Source: Mobula hypostoma
Lineage: Eukaryota
Direction of reading: 5' to 3'
Length of the DNA stretch: 64,000 nt
Assembly (NCBI RefSeq): GCF_963921235.1
Contig: NC_086109.1
Span: forward strand, 22,694,001 to 22,758,000
In this document: positions 25,212-36,777 of the stretch, piece after piece
How the letters are laid out: each line of letters opens with the position of its first letter
Position numbering within the stretch: the stretch's first letter is position 1
The notes under the pieces: model-generated
Told to the model about the DNA's origin: nothing
Database searches by the model: none
The model's input: only the letters and a program-made list of their open reading frames with translations
Translations under genes and position numbers: made by a program

Positions 25212-26064
25212 AAGATGGGGCTGGTGAAGTTCAGTGACTACTTGCTGGTAGCAAACAAAACTATAAATTACTGTGTTCATCACATTTTTTCTCAGATACG
25301 ATCACTGCAAGCAACTCGCTTTTCGGAGCTGAGATTTTGAACCATCCATAGAAGGTAGAACTTTTGCGGTCTCAAAGCTGCAGGATGGTTGTGGTGAGGA
25401 GTGTATAGGCTGAACTGAGGCAGCAGGGCCTGGGCACAAGAGCAGAGAATGAGCCAATGTTTGGCCATTGCTGGAGCGGACTTGGAGGCAATTCAATGCG
25501 GCAGAACCGAAGCAAAGTGAGGAGAGGTGAGGCAGAGTCAAGGCAGAGATGAGGCGGCAGGGCCCAGGTTTGAGAGCAAGGAAATATCCGAGGTTTGATC
25601 GATTTAAGCACCGGGCCAAATTGGAAAAGTTAGGCATGGGCCGAATCGAGGCAGCGTGGCCCTGGTTTGAGAGCAGATTGAAGTAGCAGGACCGGGGTCT
25701 GAGAGCAAAGAATAACTCGAGGTTTGGACAACTTAAGTGCCGAGCCACATTGAAAAGGTCGAGGTGTCGGGGCCAGAGGTGACAGACACTGCTCAGCTCA
25801 CTGCTCCACGAGGTTTACTCATCTCTGCACTGAACTGATACTACAGTCTGCTGAATCGGCCGCGGTGATGACCTGCTTGGTGGCTGTGGATTCACTCTCA
25901 TGAACTTTAGTTCTGAATGTTATTTACCTGCTTCTTATTGTTTGCACATTGGGCGTTTAACAGTTTTTACAATAGGTTATATTGGGTTTCTTTGTTTTGT
26001 GTGATTAATCTCAAGGTTGTATATAGTATACATGCTTTGATAACAAATGTACTTTGAACTTTGA
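25212..26064 (+). mobile_element. Non-autonomous retroposon with a Rex1-type tail and degenerate internal tandem repeats
   Basis: Starts AAGATGG; tail ctttgataacaaatgtactttgaactttga; CGTTT TSD at 25207-25211 and 26065-26069; inserted into a minus-strand Rex1 tail (25180-26300). Confidence 0.7.
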
Positions 26065-27479
26065 CGTTTGTCATGAAATTTGTTGTTTTGCAGTAGCAGT
26101 ACAGCACAATTCGTAAAAATTAATATTATTTACAAAAATAAATAAATAATGCAAAAGATGAATAATGACGTAGTGTTCATGGGTTCATGGACTGTTCAGG
26201 AATCTAATGGCAGAGGGGAAGAAGCTGTGGTGGCCTTTAGGATCCTGCACCTCCTCCCCGATTGTAGTAACACGAAGAGGGCATGTTGTAGATGGTGAGG
26301 AGAAACAACTTTCTTAAAGTTAAAATCTGATAAGCATCTTTGCTGGGGAGGATAATAAAGATAACATTTTCTAGATGAAGAATGGGAGAAGTCATCCACA
26401 TTCCCCTTCTCTTAAATAGACTTATCAGATCTTAAACTGAATGAAGTTAATTGCATTTCCTCTCAGATCCCTTGGGCAATTATTCTGAAAACAGTTCACC
26501 ATCTCCTCCAGATACATCTCCTTTTCTCACTGGGTTGCATTGATTCAAATAACCCCCTGCATGGATCTTAATCACTTGGAAAGCTTCAATAATATTCTAC
26601 CTCCTGGGTGCCTAGTTTTTGAATTATATGGCAGAAAAGGTGACCATTTGGCCAATCAAGTCTGCTCCTTGCTAAAGTAGTCCACTCAGCCCCATCCACC
26701 TGCCCTTTCCAACAGCTCATCAGTTTACTTTCGCCCAATTCAAATATCTATCCTTCTGGAACGTATTCTTCTATTTCGACTGTTATGTTGCATTGCTGTA
26801 GAAAAGGTAACCACCTCCCCTCACCTCTGGTTCTTTCTAAACCTGCCCTTTGGTTACTGTGTTTCCTGTCACTGGAACCAGTTTCCCGTTGTTGTTTTCA
26901 ACACTTCTCAGTCATCTCCATTAACCTTTCATTAGTCCATCAATCCGATGGCTCTTTGCTCCTTCTACTGCTCAAATACCTACATCGTGTTTATGTTATA
27001 GTATTGTGTAAGAAATTCCCACTGTTCTGGCTTTGAAGATCAGTTATTCCTGGAGTGGAACGCAATTGTGATGATCTCCAGGTCTAATCATACCACTCTG
27101 CAAACCCTGCTGGGCAGCTCCACTTATAAAGTGTATTTGTGGGGATGGTGCTAGTTCAGGGCCTGGAGCAATCTATTTCCTGTACAATATTCCTTAGCTG
27201 ACATTCTTCTGATTATGTACTTGTCACTAGGGATTCTTAGCAATAATGAGGAGTGCAAGGAAAGTGAGGAAAGACCTTATGGTGGCAGGTCTCAGGTGCT
27301 GCAGACTTTTGCTAGAGTGAACCTGGTATTAAAACAGGTGATGGTGCAATGCATTTTTATTTTTTATTGCTCTTTTACAAACAGTTTATAATCCTTCTAG
27401 ATCATCCCAATAGAAATCTGAGGTGTATGAGCTGAAAAAGCATATCATTACGGAACAAAAAATCAAACTGGCTGAGGAA

Positions 27480-27850
27480 GATTGAAGCAGCGGTGCAGTG
27501 AGTTGCTGGTGTCCGCTCTCTTTGTTGCAGGAGTGACCTCTTTCTCCCTCACTGGAGAGAGAGAGAGAGAGAGAGATATCAAAGAGTTGATTTGTGGACT
27601 GTCGTTGGATGGACTCTGGATCAATAGACTCTTTGGTGCTTCTGATACTGCTCACATGCTGGGGATTGTCGATGCTTCTGCTAGCGCGGGTGGGTCAATG
27701 CTTTTGCTGCCGCTTGTGCGAGGGGAAGGGAGGGGGCTTCGATGTTTCTATTGCTCTATGAGGTTTCTTTGTTTCATGGATGTCAGTGAAGAGGGTGAAT
27801 TTCAGGATGTGTAGTGAATACATACTCTGATATTAAATATACTTTGAAAC
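27480..27850 (+). mobile_element. Non-autonomous retroposon 3' part
   Basis: Tail gatgtcagtgaagag...atttcaggatgtg...tctgatattaaa is shared with 55380-55454. Confidence 0.55.
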
Positions 27851-28164
27851 GTTGAAGACAGTGAATGAGGCAGCAGCTGGCAGGCAGAAGGATGGTCAAC
27901 ATTTTGGGTCAAGACCTGCCTTCTCTGCTTGAAGTTTGAGACAAATGCTCATTCTTTCTAATCTCGACAGCTGATTGTGGCTTTCTTTCTTGTTATAATT
28001 TCTGGCATGTATTAAGTATACAGAATTAAAACAGCTGCGCCCCATTCACTGGACTTATGCAAGATTTCAATAGAACTATTATCTCTCTTCTCTATGCCAC
28101 AGTGCAAACTATCAAAATTCTAAAACTTTTCCCTTGGCCCCTATTGAAATAAATTCCACTGAAT

Positions 28165-28245
28165 CAGGGATACCCAACCATTTTTTATTCCATGGACTCT
28201 TACCATTTACTGCGGGGTCTATGGAACCCAGGCTGGGAACCCCTG
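28165..28245. mobile_element. hAT-type MITE (81 bp)
   Basis: Imperfect TIRs cagggatacccaacc and ggctgggaacccctg; 8-bp flanks cactgaat/cattatat match at 5 of 8. Confidence 0.6.
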
Positions 28246-28794
28246 CATTATATCCATGTCAACCCCACTGACTACCATTGTACACAATTCCAGCTGATAG
28301 TTCCTGGTTCTTTGAATAGCTTATAGTTTCAAAACAGTCCTCAACTCTTGCACTCAACATGCAAACTTTCCAATTTACGTCCAAGTCTTAACTTTCTTTG
28401 GTCTACGTCCCTAAAATCAACTGGTAGAACACATCGGAAGAGAGCAGCACACTTGAAATCATTTTATGGGTAATGCTGCCTTCTTAAGCACTCCCTTGTT
28501 TAGACTGAGTCACTGATTGATGGTGCTGAATTACACAAATTCGCAAAATATTTATTTTTAACTCCAACATGTGAATCTTAATTCAGACACACAGCATCTT
28601 GGCAAGTTTTATGAGCACTTATGGAGATTCAAGTGACATGACAGGCAGGGATGGGCAAAAATAAGCAGGAAAGATATCAAGTTGATGCTGTTTTACCCAT
28701 GAGGGTCGAGCATATTGAAATATATAATTAAAATCATATCATCAGTCCAATTTAGTTCTCAAGCCCAACACCTGCAAGATTTAATTCTGCAAAG

Positions 28795-29260
28795 AAGAAA
28801 GGAGAAGATTTATTAGAATGTTGCTGGCACTTGAGGACCTAAGCTATAAGAAAAAGTTGAATAAGTTAGGACTTTATTTCCTGGAGCAAAGGAGAAAGAG
28901 GAGAAATTTGATGGAGGTAAATAAAATTATGAAGGGTGAATGCAAGCAGGCTTTCTTCACGGAGGTTGGATGAGACTAGAACTAGAGGTCATTGGTTAAG
29001 GGTGAAAGGTGAAATGTTTAAGGAGAACATGAGGGGGACCTTTTTCACTCAGCGGGTGGTGAGAATATGGAATAATCTGCCAGCGGAAGTGGTAGATGTG
29101 AGTTTGATTTCAACTTTTACGGGAATTTTGGATAAGTACAGGATTGGGAGGGGTATGGAGGGCTATGGTCCAGGTATAGCTTGATGGAACTGGGCAGAAT
29201 AATAGTTCAGCAATGACTAGATGGGCTGAAGCACCTGCTTCTGTGCTGTGTGACTCTAGA
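28795..29260 (+). mobile_element. CR1 3' fragment
   Basis: TRTRGHWLRVKG..FFTQRVVRIWN plus 3' UTR. Confidence 0.85.
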
Positions 29261-29629
29261 TGGAAGATCTGTGAAGACCTGAATAGACAGGAATATCAGA
29301 TGGCGTTTGAAAACTTCAATGGGCAAACCAGTGAACAGTGCAGTCCGAAAAACTTTCAGCTGACCCATTTAATCACCTTTCTGGTCATTAAAATCGTAAT
29401 ACAGAAAGGGACAGAAATTCCTTTCAGATGTGTGGTTACTCATGAAGTGGGCATGCTCCCCTATAAAGAGATCAAGGATGGTACAAAATAGCACCTCATG
29501 CCCTCAGTAACAGGAGATATTCATTGAATGTTGAATGTCTAACTGGAAAGTTAAGGGGGACAGAGGAATATTAGCTCAACCAGGATTTAACAAGGAAAGA
29601 CATGATAAAGCTCTGTGGTATAAATACTG

Positions 29630-30205
29630 TGTGCACCAATTGGGCTGAACTGGACATTACAAAGAAGGTATGCCAGAGGCTGTATTGCATTAGGAGTTTG
29701 AGGAGATTCAGTATGTCACCAGAGATGCTAGCAACTTTCGACAGATGTACTATGGAGAGCTTTCTGACTGACTGCATCGCTGCCTGGTTATGAAGGCTCC
29801 AATGCACAGGATTTTTTTTTAAAAATGCTGCAGAAGTTTGTAGACTCAGCCTGTTTCATCATGGCCAATAGCTTCCCCATCTTCAAAAGATAGTGCCTTT
29901 AGGAGGTGGCATCCGTCATGACAGACCTTCACCATCCAGGATATGTCTGCCTCTCATTACTTCCATCAGGAAGGAGGTACAGCAGCTCAAGTATGCACAC
30001 GCAACGTTTTATGATCTGCACCATCAGATTTCTAAATGGTCCATGAACTCATGAACATTACCTCACCATTTCGCTCTCCCTTTGCAATATTTATTTATTT
30101 GTTTATACTTATTGTAATTATAGTATTTTTTTCTGTACTGCTGCCACAAAACAACGAAATTCACATTTGTCAGTGATAATAAGCTTAATTCTGATTCTGA
30201 TTCTC
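29630..30205 (+). mobile_element. Rex1-like LINE 3' end
   Basis: KKVCQRLYCIRSLRRF..RCTMESFLT; (attctg)n tail. Confidence 0.8.
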
Positions 30206-30854
30206 AGATAACTCGTGAAAAACACTCAACACTTCAGATGTCGGCAAAGCATTCGGAGAACATAGAGAACTCTCCCAGCAGCTATACGCGTCCAGCGAAC
30301 AACTGTAGATAACAGTGAAATCATCAGGCACTCATCCTGTTTCACCTTACTTAGACTGTAGGTATTTGTTCAAACAATAAATTATAATGACGGTTGACTT
30401 GAAACCCCTGTTAGCATTCACAATATCTCTGGTTATGGTTGCACATTGTGGAGGTTTATACATGCAGCCAAGGTCAAGAAATATTACCACTAGCACAATG
30501 GTGCTAGTGGTGCTAAGGACTTACAGAATATTTTATTGCAAGAGCACTTAAACTTAATTGAATATTAAATCTATACAGAGCACAAAAACCTAATGGACTG
30601 CATTGCTGATGTACGAGTTGTCTGATCCTAGCTGCACCACTGAGCACAGTTTTGAAACTAAATCACATACTTAAGACTGAGAGAGGCACTAAGGTAGAGT
30701 TGGCAATATTATTTCTCTGGTGTGAACTAGAATTAAAAATGAATGCCCATGACACTGTAAAATCAGTTCCAGAAGGGCTTAGTCTGTGTATTATAAAAGT
30801 TCTCTGTTTATTTCCACATTTACATAAATGATGAACGTATTAGGAAGTGACATC

Positions 30855-31225
30855 ACAAGTAGTCGGTGTTCAAGTGGGGATACATTCCTACCAAAGGAAA
30901 AGGCGCTCCTTCCCTCTGCTAGCCTGCAAGTCACCCTTGGACAAGGTGCAGCACCTGCTTAGGGCCACGTGAAGCCAGAGGAGCAGGTGGTGGATGGTCG
31001 TATGAGCAGCTGGAGCATGTCACAAGTCCTAGTTATGCGACCACTGATGCCAGGCAGAAAATCTCTGAAGAGTATTAATAATGACCGGGGTCACCCATTT
31101 TGTAAAGGTACTGCCCAGAAGAAGGCAAACTGCTTCTGTAGAAAAAGTTGCCAAGAACTATTATGATCATAGAAAGACCATGGTCGCCCAATTCATATGA
31201 TATGGCATATAATGAACGAACGAAT
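30855..31225 (+). mobile_element. SINE with an RTE/BovB-like 3' module
   Basis: cccagaagaaggcaaactgcttctgtagaaaaagttgccaagaac resembles the recalled Bov-A-type motif; (gaac)n tail. Confidence 0.5.
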
Positions 31226-31249
31226 GATTGCAGCTAGATAAGGTTGCAT

Positions 31250-31862
31250 TTGATGCTTTGGCCTTCATAATCAGAAGATATGTACAGGAGATGGGATGGT
31301 ATGTTGAAGTTGCATAAGATGTTGGTGAGGCCTAAATTGGAGTATTGTGTGCATTTCTGGTCACCGACCTACAGGAAAGATATCAATAAGATTGAAAGAA
31401 TACAGAAAAATTATACAAGGATGTTGCTGGGACTTGAGGACCTGAGTTATAGGGGAAAATTGAATAGGTTAGGACTTTATTCTCTGCAGCATAGGAGAAT
31501 GAGGGGAAATTTGGACAACATTATGAGAGGTATAGATAGGGTAAATGCAAGCAGGCTTTTTCCACTGAGGTTGGGTGAGACGAGAACTGGAGGCTGTGGG
31601 TTAAGGCTGAAAGGTGAAATATTTAAGGGGAAGATAAGGGGGATCTTCTTCATGCAGAGGGTGGTCAGAGTATGGAACAAGCTGCCAGGGGAAGTGGTGG
31701 ATGCAGGTTCAATTGAAACATTTAAGAGGTTTAGTATGTACATGAATAGGGGAGGGGTATGGAGAGCCATAGTCCATGTGCATTTCGATAATACCAGGCT
31801 GAATAAAACTCCGGCACAGGCCAGATGGGCCATATAACCTGCTTCTGTGCTGTAGTGCTCTA
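31250..31862 (+). mobile_element. CR1 3' fragment
   Basis: ORF 31280-31837: LVRPKLEYCVHFWSP...FFMQRVVRVWNKLP. Confidence 0.9.
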
Positions 31863-32470
31863 TTAAAGAATGTTTAACCAAGAGTCAAGAACCATCCTTT
31901 CAGGTATCATTGAGCATGTTCGAATTTCAAATGTTCAGCCACAACAGTACCAACAAATAGCAGGATTATGGAGATAGGACGGATAGATGTTGCTGTGGAT
32001 GGGATTGTGGAGGTTGGGGCTGAGGGCAGGATGGGGAAGTGGGGAGAGAGTTCATACATGGAGAATTCCCTAAATTGTTCACTTGGAGAACAATTTAATG
32101 TTAGTGAAAATGTATTCTGCAGCCAATGATTCACCTCCTGGTGTATCGGAGCTATTCACTAGCTGTAAGGCACAAGACTTGGACTACTTGTGCCTTATGT
32201 GATGGACTGCTCTTCACTTGTCTGGTTAAGTGGAGATCCAGGAACACTTGAACAGCACCTTATCTGTTAACTTAAGCCATTCATTCTGTACTATTGGTGA
32301 AAGATCCTTCAAAGGAACACTGCCACAACTTGCCGAAACTTCGTCAGCATCATTCTTCTTCTCTGCCTACACCATCTAAAGGAGAAGGGTAACAAACACT
32401 GCAAACATCATCAGAATATCCAATAAACCGTGTTGTATGTTTGATTTGTGATTAACTGTATAAGATTGTT

Positions 32471-32976
32471 CTTCTGAAATGCCCAGTTCGCTGCCGCTGC
32501 TACTGTGCGATTGAGAATCTCCGGAGGGAAGGCCCCAAAATCCCCATCTTTCCCTGCTGCTGGCGACCAAGGCTGCGGTCGAAGCGTTCGGCACAGATGG
32601 TGTTCGGTACTTGGTGTCGGAGGGCTGATCGGAGGCTCGAAGTTTTCAGACAACTCAGAGTCAGACTGTGGTCGGGCATGGCAGGGAGAGTTTTCTTCCT
32701 TCTCCCGTCTGCATGAGATGTGGGACTTTTGAGAGACTTTGAACTTTTTTTACTGTGACCATGGCCTGTTCTTCATCAAGTTATGGTATTGTTGCACTGT
32801 TGTAACTATATGTTATAATTATGTGGTTTTTGTTAGGTTTTCAGTCCTGGTCTGTCCTGTGTTTCTGTGATATCACACTGGAGGAATATTGTATCATTTC
32901 TTAACGCATGCATTACTAAATGACAATAAAAGAGGACTGCATGTCCTCATAATCTAATAATCTAATCTAATCTAAT
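32471..32976 (+). mobile_element. Young non-autonomous retroposon with a (taatc)n tail
   Basis: CpG-rich body; gacaataaaagagg...ataatctaataatctaatctaatcta tail; possible taa[g/a]attgtt TSD. Confidence 0.6.
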
Positions 32977-32999
32977 AAAATTGTTGTCCAAGTAGAATT

Positions 33000-33665
33000 T
33001 AGAATATAGAACATAGAAAAGTACATCAGAATATGGGCTCTTCGACTCACAATGTTGTTGCAACCTATACAAACCTACTTCATAATCTTTCTATCCCTCC
33101 CTTCCTACAATTCCCACAACCCTCCATTTTACTTATATCCGTGTGTCTATCTAAGAGTCTCTTAGATGTCCCTATTGGAGCAGCCTCCATCCGTACATCT
33201 CATAATCTTAAACATCTCCATCAAGTCACCCCTCATCCTCTGACACTCCAAAGAAAAAAGCCCTAGCTCAGTCAACCCTTCCTCATATAACACACTCCTT
33301 AATCCAGGCAGAATCCTAGTAAATCCCCTCTGCATCCTCTCGAAAGCTTCCACATTATTCCTATAATGAAGTGACTACCTCTGAACACAATACTCCAAGG
33401 GTGGTCTAACTAGAGTTTTATAGGGCTGGAACATTCCCAGCGTTGGTCACATGGGTGTAATTGGGCTAGAAGGACCTGTTAGCGTACTCCATCTCGTGAC
33501 TCTTGAACTCAGTTCCCTGACTAATGAAGGCTAATAGATTATATGCCTCCTTAACCACCCTATGAACATACATGGTAACTTTGAGGGATCAATGGACTTG
33601 GACCTCAAGATCCCTCTGTTCCTCCATACTGCTAGGAATTCTGCCATTAACCTTGTAATCTGCTT
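33000..33665 (-). mobile_element. CR1 3' fragment
   Basis: (atagaac) tail; EAFERMQRGFTRILPGL. Confidence 0.8.
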
Positions 33666-33799
33666 TGATGTGAATGATGAACTTCATTGAGAAGCCAGGT
33701 ATTGTTAAATGCTTTTTGTATTCCTTTGAGGAACATGATAAATGTCAATTTAATATGAAATTTCAGTCTGTACTACGTAGAAAGACTACGCTGATTTAG

Positions 33800-34040
33800 T
33801 CATAAGTCATAGTCATTCTTTATTGATCCCGGGGGAAATTGGTTTTCATTACAGTTGCACCATAAATAATTAAACAGTAATAAAACCATAAATAATTAAA
33901 TAGTAATACGTAAATTATGCCAGGAAATAAGTCCAGGACCAGCCTATTGGCTCAGGGTGTCTGACCCTCCAAGGGAGGAGTTGTAAAGTTTGATGGCCAC
34001 AGGCAGGAATGACTTCCTATGATGCTCTGTGTTGCATCTT
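33800..34040 (-). mobile_element. Rex1-like 3' end
   Basis: (agtcat)n tail with ctttattgatccc; reverse strand reads SFLPVAIKLYNSS. Confidence 0.65.
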
Positions 34041-34077
34041 GGCACCACCACCTCCAAAATGCGCTTCCAGTTGAAAC

Positions 34078-34161
34078 AACACACATAAAAGTTGCTGGTG
34101 AATGCAGCAGGCCAGGCAGCATCTCTAGGAAGAGGTGCAGTCGATGTTTCAGGCCGAGACC
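34078..34161 (-). mobile_element. 84-bp Penelope terminal-repeat insertion with a 14-bp TSD
   Basis: CTTCCAGTTGAAAC at 34064-34077 and 34162-34175; insert nearly identical to 36171-36255. Confidence 0.85.
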
Positions 34162-34175
34162 CTTCCAGTTGAAAC

Positions 34176-34926
34176 TCCTTTTTATTGGGCGTCTCTGGAA
34201 ACGCAGCTCCAGAGACTCCATGGCGAGAAACTCACCTTTCTTGGACTTCATACGTCTAGGGTGTATACAACTTTGGTCCCACCAACCACAAACCCCGCTT
34301 TGTGTGAATACTTTGTGATTTACTACCTCCGGCAATCACCTGTCAGCAAGAAATAACAGATCGTACACTGCATACAATTATAAAGAAGTATATTTAAGCA
34401 TGTTAACTTAAGCAACCAGGAAAGAAAGAAAAAAAAAACAAAAAGGGCCATTATACTTAAACAGTCACATGTGCATGGTGGAGCTCAAATCTTCCCGAAG
34501 CCATTGTTTCCGATGTACACACTGCACCTTCCGAAAGTCGCTCGAAATCCACCTCAAACAAACGGGCTCTCCCCTGGGAGTATTAGTCCTCCCTCCTTGA
34601 AGCTATTCATCTCCACAAAGCACCTTGTGCAACAGGGATGGCATCTTCAGCCATCTTCCCTCCTGTCTTCTCCCAGCTCACACCAACAAACACCTTAACC
34701 CATACCAGTACCCCCACACAAAAGAAAATTCCACCCAACATTCTCTAGAACTTTCTCCCAATTCCACCACTCTGACCGGCTGACACCACATTCCAAAGTT
34801 GAACAACAAAACCCCTTCCCTCACCTCAAACACAAACAAGCTGAAAACAAACCAGTCTGTTCTTACAGAGCTGCTAAAATGAATCACCTATAGTATAGCA
34901 GCAAAAATCATAACCAGGGTGTTACA
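34176..34926 (-). mobile_element. LTR-like element
   Basis: Minus strand begins TGTAACACCCTGG; AATAAA near 34180; other terminus and TSD not resolved. Confidence 0.45.
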
Positions 34927-35011
34927 TGGTCAACATGGGAGGCTTGGAACAAGTCTAGCATGTTGATTATAAAATCCAGAATAGCAATCCAGGCCCCACA
35001 TGAGAAAGAGT

Positions 35012-35305
35012 AAAGTTCAAAGTTCAAAGTAAATTTATTATCAAAGTATGTATATGTTAACATATACTGCCCTGAGATTAATTTTCTTGTAAGCATTTAC
35101 AGGAAAATTAATACAGTAGGACTTGTGAAAAGCTTTCCAAAACAAAGACCAACAAATATCCAAGGTGCAAAAGAAAACAATTTGTGCAGATAATAAAAAA
35201 GAAAATATATAATACTGAGAGCATGGATTGCAGAGTCATTGAAAGTGGGTCAATGGGATGAAGAGTCAGTTCGGCGTTGAGGTGAATGAAGTTATCCACA
35301 CTGGA
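35012..35305 (-). mobile_element. Rex1-like 3' UTR
   Basis: aaagttcaaagttcaaagtaaatttattatcaaag tail; paralog of 43660-43970 and 62595. Confidence 0.75.
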
Positions 35306-36134
35306 AACATGGGATACTTCACTCAAAGGAGCCTTTGGATGAAGGTTACAACTGAAACCTTACCCAACCAGCAAGAGCTGGACATGCCTCCTACAAAGGC
35401 GGAAATTATACTTTATAAAATACAGGTGCTTGCTTGTATTATTAAGACCAGCATTACTTAAGTAGGAAGGAGAAAAATTTCATGGTTTCTTCTCCAATAT
35501 TGGTCTGGCTATCTACTTGCTCTTTTCATCCTCCCCTGGAGATCAGATGCTTCAGAATGAATTGGGAGCGTACAGAAGGTGATACACCAGTGATATAGAG
35601 TTGTGTAAAGCAGAGTGGATGGGCCAAGGACTTCTTTCCTCTCTCCATTGTTATTCAAACGTTCTTTATAGATGTGAAGCTTGGAATATCAGTAGGTGTC
35701 TCAAGATGAACTTTGCCATGTGAGCATTAGTTATTGATAGTGATTAACATGTGTATTGTGTGGAGCAGTATGGTAGTGCATTTACAGAGGCTTGAGATTG
35801 ATTTGTCATTTTCACCATGAATTCAGGGTTATTAAAATCTTTGTAGCACTTCATCCATATCTGTGCTACTTGTCTGCTGCGAGTTCATGAAGCTCCAAAA
35901 CGAGTCCGGTTCACTGATGAATTGTCTCGATTTTTGCACAGACGAGTCCCTTATACCCTGGTGTCGCCTGCCCTGGGGATGTGACGGCAGAAGTGGTGTG
36001 GAAGAGTGCAGAGGCCTCTGTGGGGGTGCTTTTCCCATCAGTGCTGCTCTCTAGTGGTGCTCGGTGCTGCTCTCCAGTGTTCGCTCAGTAGAAGAACAAG
36101 CTGGACCGATACAATTTACCATCAATTGACAGGA

Positions 36135-36777
36135 GAAAACAGGGATTCTGCAGATGCTGGAAATTCAAGCAACACTCATCAAAGTTGCTGGTGAATGCAG
36201 CAGGCCAGGCAGCATCTCTAGGAAGAGGTACAGTCGACGTTTCAGGCCGAGACCCTCCATCAGGATTAACTGAAGGAAGCGTTAGTAAGAGATTTGAAAG
36301 TGGGAGAGGGAGGGGGAGATCCAAAATGATGGGAGAAGACAGGAGGGAGAGGGATGGAGCCAAGAGCTGGACAGGTGATTGGCAAAAGGGATACGAGAGG
36401 ATCATGGGACAGGAGGTCCGGGAAGAAAGACAAGGGGGTGGGGGGAACCCAGACGATGGGCAAGGGGTATATTCAGAGGGACAGAGGGAGAAAAAGAAGA
36501 GTGAGAGAAAAAATGTGTGTATAAAAATAAATAACAGATGGGGTACAAGGGGGAGGTGGGGCATTAGCGGAAGTTAGAGAAGTCGATGTTCATGCCATCA
36601 GGTTGGAGGCTACCCAGACGGAATATAAGGTGTTGTTCCTCCAACCTGAGTGTGGCTTCATCTTTATAGTAGAGGAGGCCGTGGATAGACATGTCAGAAT
36701 GGGAATGGGATGTGGAATTAAAATGTGTGGCCACTGGGAGATCCTGCTTTCTCTGGCGGACAGAGTGTAGGTGTTCA
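36135..36777 (-). mobile_element. Young Penelope-like element 3' end with a hammerhead motif at 36231-36266
   Basis: Reverse strand reads HFNSTSHSHSDMSIHGLLYYKDEATLRLEEQHLIFRLGSLQPDGMNIDFSNFR*. Confidence 0.9.
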
